DNA from: the human T2T-CHM13v2.0 reference genome, Homo sapiens
Reading direction: 5' to 3' (one strand)
Assembly (NCBI RefSeq): GCF_009914755.1
Contig: NC_060929.1
DNA length: 64,000 nucleotides
In this document: piece by piece, positions 54,981-64,000 of the stretch
Position numbering within the stretch: the first letter of the stretch is position 1
Layout: each line of letters begins with the position of its first letter
Notes under the pieces: model-generated
What the model was told of the DNA's origin: nothing
Seen by the model: only the letters and a program-made list of their open reading frames with translations
The model's database searches: none
Made by a program: the position numbers and the translations under genes

Positions 54981-55649
54981 CTTCTGCTGTTAAAGCTTGA
55001 AACTTGTATTTGTTTTATCTGAGTTCCTTCCTCAGGAAAGGACCCTCAGGCCTCTCAAAAAAAAAAAAAAGTAGTAGTTTCTGTTTTCTTACACATTGTT
55101 ACATTTCTCTCTTGCTATATAAACCCCTAGTTTTAGTCAGTTAGGGAGATGAATTTGAGGCTGAGCTTTCATCTCCTCAGCTACAGCACTCAGTTAAAGC
55201 CTTCTTTCTAGGCAATAATCGTCATCTCAGTGGTTGGCTTTCTGTGTGGCAAGCAGCAGGACCTAGCCTGAACCCCTGGTTTTTCAGTAACAGTGCTACT
55301 TTCTGACTTGCTATCTGAGCTCCTGGAATCAGCTCTCAAGATGCAGGCTACATTTGTCCCAGAAGCCTTGCTGTGAGTTTACGTGCCTACAGAGTCCCAT
55401 TAATGGACCTAGTGCCAGCTACCCAAGTACCAGAGGCTCTAAACCCCATTAAAAATGTACATGTGTTTGTGTCTGCCGACCTACTTCCCTCCCTACCTAC
55501 CTAACTGCCTGTCTCCCTCATATCATATCGCTATGACAATAGGAAAAACTGAAGCTGTGGTGGTATTTGGAGAAGAGAATCTGGATGATAGCTTGGAGGG
55601 AGACCTTGCCCTGTGTGTCTTTGGTCTTTTTTGTATTCCTTAAGAGCAC

Positions 55650-57770
55650 ATCTCCTTCTAGCTTCAGCTCATTTACTCCTTTTGCAGCAAAGTGTCTCAA
55701 GTTTCTGTCTTCATGACTCCTTTCTACGTCTTCCTTTGTATAAGTTGCCAATGGCTTTTATGTTACTAACTCCAACGATCAGTTTTCTATCTTCTTATGA
55801 TTACTTATCAGTATCTGACTCAATAAACTCTTTAGTTTTTCTTAACCAGTGTCTTCATTCGGCTTCTGGGACACTATACTTGAATGGTTTTATTTTCTCT
55901 TCTCTCATTGTTCCTTCTCAGTCTCCCTTGTTAGCTCTTCTTCTTTTGTTTGACATCTGCATTTTGGATTGTCCCAGGGATCTGTCTTGGGTTCTTATCT
56001 CTATCTACACATGCTGTCTACATGGCTTTATTCATATTTATGACCTAACACCATCGATGTATTAGTGATAGCAAGTTTATATCTCTAGTACTACCTCACT
56101 TCTGCTGACTCACCATCTCCAGATGGATGTCCGGAGGCATCTCAAACATAACATATCTAGATCAGGAGTTATGACTTCCTTGTGGTCACTCAAAACCTGA
56201 TTTTCTCCCAGTGTTCCCCCATCTTGGTACTATATCCACCCAATTGCACAGGTCTCAAACCTAGGAGTTAGCTTTGATTTCTCCTTTTGTCTCACTTCAT
56301 GGTCAATCTTTCAGCAAGTTCTATAGACTCTATCTCCAAAACATATCACAAAGACATTTATTTCTTCTCATGTCTACTACTCCAGTCCAAACACTAATAT
56401 TCTGTCTTCGAGGAAACTGCTGTAGCCTCTGAACTGGTCTCCTTCTTCATTCTTGCTCCACTACAATCTATTCTTCACATGAGAGTCCAAGTGGATTTTT
56501 AAAAAAATAAATGGTTATTAATTGAGATAATTTTGCCCCCAAAGGGACATTTGGAAAGGTCTTGACACATTTTTGGTTATTACAACTCAGAGAAATAGAT
56601 GCCACTGGGTAGAGACCAGGGATGCTGCACAGGACAGTGTCCCACAACAAAGAATTATCTGGCTCAGAATGTCAATAGTGCCAAGTTGGAGAAATGCTCA
56701 AAATCTCATTCCCTGACTTCTCCTTGCACTTGGAGCAACTCTTTATATTGTTTTACAAAGTACTAGTAATCCGGCCTGTCCCTGCTTGTGTTTCCAACTT
56801 CATCTTTTACTATTCTCCTCTTTACATTTTGATTCAGCCACATTGATTTTCCTGTTTTCGAACATACCCAGCCCATTCTTCCCTAAGGTCTTTGTGTCAG
56901 TTGCATCCTTTGTCTGGAATTTTTTTCTCTTTACTCCTCAAATGATTATTCCTACTTATAATAATAATTCACATTTATATACTGTTTACAAGATGCCAAG
57001 AATCCCAATTTTCTGAGCACTATACACATACTAACTTGTACATGCAATCCCACAAGCAGTTACACTGCCAGAAACTAAGGAACAGGGTTTAAATAATATG
57101 GCTGAGGTCATATGGCTAGTAAATGAGAGAAGTAGCAAGTAGCTCCAAAGTCCCAGCTCTTAACCACTGCATGGTACTGTAAGGCAGACTTCAGCTTACG
57201 TCATCTCCTCAAAGAGACTTTCCTTTACTCACCTCTAAATTTGTCATCCAGGCCAGGCATGGTGGCACATGCCTAAAATCCCAGCACTTTGGGAGGCTGA
57301 GGTGGGTGGATCACCTGAAGTCAGGAGTTTGAAACCAGACTAGCCAACAAGGTGAAACCTCGTCTGTACGAAAAATACAAAACTTAGCCGGGCATGATGG
57401 TACACGCCTGTAGTCCCAGCAACTCAGGAGGCTGAGGCAGGAGAATCACTTGAACCCAAGAGGGGGAGGTTGCAGTGAGCCGAGATTGTGCCATTGCCCT
57501 CCAGCCTGGGCAACAGGGTGAGACTCCATCTTAAATAAATAAATAAATAAATTTGTCATCCAGTTATTCTGTCACCTCATCTTACTTCAATCCATGGCAC
57601 AGCTCAGACCATAACTGGATTTTCTGGGTTCTTATTTATGTGTTTGTTTATTACATGTCTCTTCCAGTAAAATCAGGAATCATGGCCATCTTATTTATTC
57701 TGTATTCTCCATATATAAGAAAGTGCCTGGCACATAGCAGACATTCAAAAAATATTTTTGAATGAATGTT
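55650..57770 (+). mobile_element. L2 relic with nested MER20 (~56520-56700) and MIR
   Basis: atctccagatggatgtcc..ggcatctcaaac; 3' end gtgcctggcacatagcag..gaatgaatg; MER20 motif aacaaagaattatctggc. Confidence 0.7.
57251..57548 (+). mobile_element. Alu (AluS)
   Basis: Dimer with (TAAA)n tail; TSD AAATTTGTCATCCA on both sides. Confidence 0.93.
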
Positions 57771-58574
57771 ACTAAATTGTATTGTTAGAGAAGGCAATAT
57801 GGCAAATTTATTAAAACCACATATTTTGGGGCCAAATCTATGTTTGAATCTCATCTCTACCACATCATATTATGTGATCTTTGGCAAAATGACCTAACCT
57901 TGTTAAGTCTCCATTTCTACATCTTGAAAATGGAGGTAGTAACTACCTCAGAAGGTTGACATAAGAATTAGATAATGCTTATAAAGCTTTCAGATTTACC
58001 TGTTTAATATATGTTAGCTATTAATATTAGAGAAAATTAAAAAGGCATAATGACAGCCTAACTATACTCCTCCAAATTTACTTTTTTTTTTTTTTTGCCT
58101 AAAGGCCTACACTCATTTACATATTATTGCCACAGCAAGTATCAGAGCCAGATCTTCAATATCCAGTTCTAATACATCCGATCCTTGAGTAAGAGTTGCT
58201 AACTACCTATATTAATGGACTAGCACATGCTTAATTAGGCATATTCTTGTCAGTTTTGAATTAACAACTAGAATTGATATTTCAGTAATTTGATGTTTCA
58301 AGAATAAGCTTTTCTTTCATTAACCCTAAAAATTACTTCAACCTAAATTAAGTTCATGCAGTAGTATTCTACAAAATCGAAGTTTTCCCATTATGGTTTC
58401 TGAAGAGACTTTAATAAGAGTTAGCCAGTCTCAAACCAGATGGTCTTTATAGTGACATAGTGGGAGGAATCCTATTTGAGGATAATGGGTCAATAAGAAA
58501 CCCAGAATTATAGTTTGGTCTACAGAGTAAAGAAAGCTAAAATTCCAGGGCAATCACTCAAAATAATAATAGAA

Positions 58575-60843
58575 GAATCCAAACCGTAACCAAAACATCA
58601 TGGTACTAATACAAAAACAGACACATAGACCAATGGAACAGAATAGAGAGCCCAGAAATAAGACTGCACACCTACAACCATCTGATCTTCAACAAAGCTG
58701 ACAAAAGCAATGAGGAAAGGACTACCTATTCAATAAATGTGCTGGGATAACTGGCTGGCCATATGCAAAAGATTGAAACTGGACCTCTTCCTTACACCAT
58801 ATAAAAAAATCAACTTAAGATGGGTGAAATACTTAAGTGTAAAACCCAAAACTATAAAAACCTTGGATGAGAACTAGGCAATATCATTCTGGAAATAGAA
58901 ATGGGCAAAGAGTCCATGAGAAAGACACCAAAAGCAATTGCAACAAAAATAAAAATTGATGAATGGGATCTAATTAAACCTAAGAGCTTTTGCACAGCAA
59001 AAGAAACTATCAACAAAGCGTTTACAACCTACAGAACGGGAGAAAATATTTGCAAATTATGCATCTGACAAAGGTTGAATATCTAGCCTCTGTAAGGAAC
59101 TTAAACAAATTTACAAGAAAAAAAAACAAAAAAAGTGGGCAAATGACACGAACAGACACTTTTCAAAAGAAGACATACATGCAGCCAAAACGCATACAAA
59201 AAAAGCTCAATATCATTGATTATTGCAGGATCTGGCCAGCAGCCTGCAATGCAACGGGGCTCTTTCTTTGTTCCCAGGCAGATCAACAGGTCAAGAAATA
59301 AAAGACACACACAAGATAGTGAAAGCTGGGTCCAGGGGGGTCACCGCCTTCTGGTCCTGCGATGCCGCCAATGCACTGGATATACCAGCATTTATTATTA
59401 AGTTTAGTGAGGGCAGGGGTAGGTTAGTGAGGGTTTTAGGGTCGTTTGATTATGAGGTGAGATGGTCACATGGGGATGAAGTAAGTCTTTAACGTAACAT
59501 TGGTATGCAGAAGTACAGTATACAGAGATAAGAATTTACAATATAGTGTGTGCATCAACAATTTCTAACAGAGCCTTAAAACAGAAACACAGTCTCTCCA
59601 TAACCTATGATTAGCAAGATATTAATCAGCAGTAACAGTTGCAGCAAAAGCTGGTTGCAAACAATCAATAGAAACAGGATGTGAAGCTAGACAACCAGTT
59701 AGACCAGAAATTCTCAGAAGGGAGTATGCCTTAACCTTAAAGAGGCCTAGAAGAGCTGTGGCAAAATAAGGACGTTTATAGCCCTATCTTATCCATATGA
59801 ACAGGCGCCCCTCATGCATCTGCTTATAGGCTCTCCACAAGAATCACATTCCATTCCCAGAGCTATGAACATCTGCTTTTCTGGGATAGGAATCCTGGTT
59901 ATGTGAAACCTCCCTGACTGCACGTCCGTTTATAGGCTCTCTGCACGGGGAAGCACATTACGCGCTGTTGGCTCATTCTGGCAGCCCAACCTGGCATTGT
60001 CTTTACACAATCCTGCATGCAATTTTGTACGTACAATAATCAGGAGCATTTCATCTTTTACTCCATAGCAATAGTTTCAGGGGGTCTCCCTACAATTGAT
60101 CGTTAGAGAAATACAAATCAAAACCACAATGAGTTACCATTTCACACCAGTCAGAATATCTATTATTAAAATGTCAAAAAATAACAGATGCCAGCAAGGT
60201 TGCAAAGAGAAGGGAACCCTTATACACTGTCAGTGGGTGCATAAATTAATTCAACTACTGTGGAAAGACGTATAGTGATTCCTCAAAGAACTAAAAACAG
60301 AACTGTCACTGGACCCAGACATTTTATTACTAGGTATATACCCACAGAAATATAAATCATTCTATCATAAAGACACATGCACATGAATGTTCATTGCAGC
60401 ACTATTCACAATAGCAAAGACATGAAACCAACCTAAATGCCCATCAGTGACAGATTGGATAAAGAGAATGTAGTACATATACACCATGGAATACTATGTA
60501 GCCATAAAAAAGAACAAGATTGTCTTTTGCGGGAACATGGATGGAGCTGGAGGCCATTATCCTTGGCAAACTAATGCAGGAAAAGAAAACAAAATACTGT
60601 ATATTGTCACTTGTAAGTGGAAGAGAACACATAAACATATAGAAAAGAACAGCAGACATTGGAGCCTACCAGAGGGTGGGGGGAGGAAGAGGATCAGAAA
60701 AAAAATAACTATTGGGTACTAGGCTTAGTACCTGAGTGATGAAATAATTTGTACAACAAACCTCTGTGACACAAGTTTACCTATATAACAAACCTGTATG
60801 TGTACTCTGAACCTAAAATACAAGTTTTTCTAAAAAAAAAAAA
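58575..60843 (+). mobile_element. L1PA/L1PB 3' ORF2 and 3'UTR, split by an LTR
   Basis: aaacagacacatagaccaatggaacagaatagag; ccatggaatactatg; poly(A) near 60832-60843. Confidence 0.9.
59221..60094 (-). mobile_element. ERVK-class solo LTR (MER11D-like)
   Basis: Minus strand begins TGTAGGGAGACCCCCTGAAAC; 6-bp TSD ATTGAT 59215-59220 / 60095-60100. Confidence 0.8.
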
Positions 60844-61071
60844 GGAAGCCCAATCAACGGAATGAAAATAAAAGAGCAGCAGGAGCAAGGGTTTGAATCT
60901 TTCTGAGACCTTTTAAAATTAAAGTAATAGTTACACAATCAACTTTTGGGTTTATATCCAGCCCAGAGTTGAGGCCCCAGGAACCATGTTCCAGGGGATT
61001 ATAGCTGACTTCCTGGGAAAAAAAAATAATACTAAGTGCAGCAAGAAAAAAAAGCAGATTGAAAGTGGGAC

Positions 61072-63065
61072 TGTGGAAGCCTGGTTCTAAGAATACACCC
61101 AATGATTCCTTCCTCCTGATATCCATATCCTTGTGTAATCACTTTGAGAGGTGACAACATGCTAGTAGCCCTCACTCGCTCTCAGCACCTCCTCAGCCTC
61201 GGCATCCACTCTGGCCATGCTTGAGGAGTCCTTCAGTCTGCCACTGCACTATGGGAGCCCTTCTCTGGGCTGGCAGAGGCCACAGCTGGCTCCCTCTGCT
61301 TGTGGGGAGGTGTGGAGGGAGATGGCGCAGGCGGGAACCAGGGCTGCCTGCGGCACTCACGGGCCAGCACGAGTTCCTGGTGGGCGCGGGCTCAGCAGGC
61401 CCCGCACTCCTAGTGGCCGGCCGGTGCCAGCCACCCTGGGCAGTGAGGGGCTTAGCACCTGGGTCAGCAGCTGCAGAGGGTGCGCCGGGTTCCCCAGCAG
61501 TGCCGGCCTGCTGGCGCCATGCTCGAATTCTTGCCAGGCCTCAGCCACCTCTCATTGGGGCAGGGCTCGGGACCTGCAGCCCACCATGCCCAAGCACCCC
61601 CCCAGCCCTGTGGGCTCCCATGCGGCCCGAGCCTCCCCCTTGGGCGCTGCCCCCTGCTCCACGGCACCCAGTCCCATCGACCACCCAAGAGATGAGGAGT
61701 GCGGGTGCACAGCGCAGTACTGGCAGGCAGCTCTGCCTGCGGCCCTGGCACAGGATCTCCTAGGCAAAGCCAGCTGGGCTCCTGAGTGGGGTGGAGACTG
61801 GGAGAACTTTTATGGCTAGCTAGAGGATTGTAAATGAACCAATCAGCACTATGTGTCTAGCTAAAGATTTGTAAACACACTAATCAGTGCTCTGTGTCTA
61901 GCTAATCTAGTGGGGACTTGGAGAACTTTTGTGTCTAGCTAAAGGATTGTAAATGCGCCAATCAGCACTCTGTGTCTAGCTCAAGGTTTGTAAACGCACC
62001 AATCAGCACCCTGTCAAAAGGGACCAATCAGCTCTCTGTAAAACGGACCAGTCAGCTCTCTGTAAAATGGACCAATCAGCAGGATGTGGGTGGGGTCAGA
62101 TAAGGGAATAAAAGCAGGCTGCCCAAGCCAACAGCGGCAACCCACTGGGGTCCCCTTCCACACTGTGGTAGCTTTGTTCTTTTGCTGTTTGCAATAAATC
62201 TTGCTGCTGCCCACTCTTTGGGTCCACACTGCCTTTATGAGCTGTAAAACTCACCACGAAGGTCTGCAGCTTCACTCCTGAGGCCAGTGAGACCATGAAC
62301 CCACCAGGAGGAATGAACAACTCTGGCTGGGATGAACAAACTTCAGATGGGAGGAATGAACAACTCCAGATGTGCCACTTTAAGAGCTGTAACACACCGC
62401 TAAGGTGTGCAGCTTCACTCTCGAAGCCAGTGAGATCAAGAACCCACCAGAAGAAAGAAACTCCAAACACACATCCAAACATCAGAAGGAACAAACTCTG
62501 GACACACCATCTTTAAGAACTGTAACACTCACCGAGAGGGTCCGTGGCTTCATTCTTGAAGTCAGCGAGACCAAGAACCCACCAATTTCGGACACAACTT
62601 CTCCTTGAGCTAGGTGGACATAGTGACTCATTTGTAAGAAATAAAATATAGCAAAATAATGAGCTGTCACTTCTCAGACTCTAATTTCCATCCTTCTTCC
62701 CTCTTCCATTTCCTCCCTGGCTCTGAGCAAAGCCAGCTGCTAGGCTGTGAGCTTTCCTATGGAGAAGTACATGTGACAAAGAACTGAGGGAAGGCTTCAA
62801 TGCAATAGCCAGCAAAGAAATGAATTATGTCAACAACAACATGAACGAGCTTGGAACAAGAACCTGTCTCCATTGAACCTTCAAATGAGAGTGCAGCCCT
62901 GGCTGCCATTTTGACTGCAGCCTTTTGAGAGGCTTTGAGAGAGAGAGATTTCAGCTAAGCTGCTCCCAGATTCCTGATCCAGAAACTGTAAGATAATAAA
63001 TGTTTATTGTTTTAAGTGGTTAAGTTCTGGGATCATCTATTAGACAGTAATAGATAATTAATACA
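61072..63065 (+). mobile_element. MLT1-type MaLR LTR split by LTR12
   Basis: tgtggaagcc..ccttgtgtaatc then ctccttgag..gattcctga..gaaactgtaagataataaatg..aataca. Confidence 0.7.
61145..62596 (+). mobile_element. LTR12 (ERV9) solo LTR
   Basis: TGAGAGGTGAC start, GC-rich U3, repeated ccaatcagc units, GGGAATAAAAGC, ends GGACACA; TSD ACTT 61141-61144 / 62597-62600. Confidence 0.95.
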
Positions 63066-64000
63066 GAAACTATGCCAAAAGTAAGGGCCCCGTTAACTCA
63101 TTCATTTATTTGTTCACTTAACACTTATTTTTTGAGCATTGGTGAGATAAAACCATCCCAAGGACAAGAAGATTCCTCTGTCTTCTAAAAGTTTCATTTT
63201 ATAGAAGTCCACGAACATCTAGAAAGGGCAGAAGTATTGAAGGCCCAGTCAGGGAAGGCATTCCAGAGAAGGTAAACTGAGTTCTTGGCCAGAACTCGTT
63301 GGATAGATAGTATTCAACAGGCAGGCAGGATGGGGACAAAACAAGTGGAGAAGTGAAAGGATGGTGGCAGACAGGAAACAGGTTTAGAATCTGAGACTCT
63401 ACAGGTTAGTGAAAAGTATGAGGGGAAAAAACACAGAAGAAAAAAGCAAGACTCATTTAAACTTTCCTTGCTGGCCAATCACCACCAGCATCAGGGACTC
63501 TGTGGAAAAAAAGTCATCCTCTGCCGACCCTAATATTGTACATACAACTTGTTAATTCTGTCAAAGATGGGAATGCAGAGGACATAATTTCTTCATTTGG
63601 TTTATTGTACCATTTCTGATGAGACCATTGTTATACTACTACATTGTTCCTAAGCTTGAATGAACCATTTATCACTAAAAATGAGGGAGAAACAAAGCAA
63701 AAAAAAATGCTCAGATGCAACTTCTTGAGGATTTATATCTTATCAGCTAGACTCTAGAAATTTAGCTAAAATGTTGTATGTGTGTCATGAAATGTGGGAA
63801 GAGAGAAATTTTTAAGCCACAAATGCAAAACACCATTGGAAAAGATGACAGAATGATGATTATCATAGAGTTTTGAATTCCAGATATACAACAAGTGCAC
63901 ATCTATGTTATTAGCATTAGACCTTTCCATGGCTCTTTCTGGAGTGTTTGGAAAAAATCTTATAAACTTTACTCTGAAAATATTCTTTATTTCAGAAGTG

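Noticed and set aside
61217-61819. 200-aa and overlapping ORFs, CpG-island-like region
   Set aside because: Lie within GC-rich LTR12 U3; ORFs are compositional

Overview
Repeat-rich primate (almost certainly human) genomic DNA containing the complete selenoprotein P gene (SELENOP/SEPP1) on the minus strand. It has five exons (~36.8 kb to ~24.8 kb) and a 381-codon CDS with 10 in-frame TGA (selenocysteine) codons that the ORF track misreads as stops, plus two SECIS elements in the 3'UTR. The last five coding exons of CCDC152 lie on the plus strand and converge tail-to-tail with SELENOP, so a long CCDC152 3'UTR would be antisense to both SECIS elements. About 1.3 kb upstream of the SELENOP promoter sits a 6.6-kb defective LTR2B/Harlequin (HERV-E-like) provirus. 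The rest is L1, L2, MIR, Alu, DNA-transposon and solo-LTR relics. The most striking system (multi-UGA recoding with dual SECIS and an antisense partner) is established biology, not new. Less obvious observations are: an Alu-derived cassette exon giving an in-frame 30-aa N-terminal extension; AATAAA signals between the two SECIS elements; a degenerate third SECIS-like hairpin; a scrambled L1 that has captured an inverted copy of its neighbouring DNA; and a triplicated proviral splice-donor unit. Repeat subfamily names are from recognition, not a database search, and boundaries without a stated TSD are approximate.
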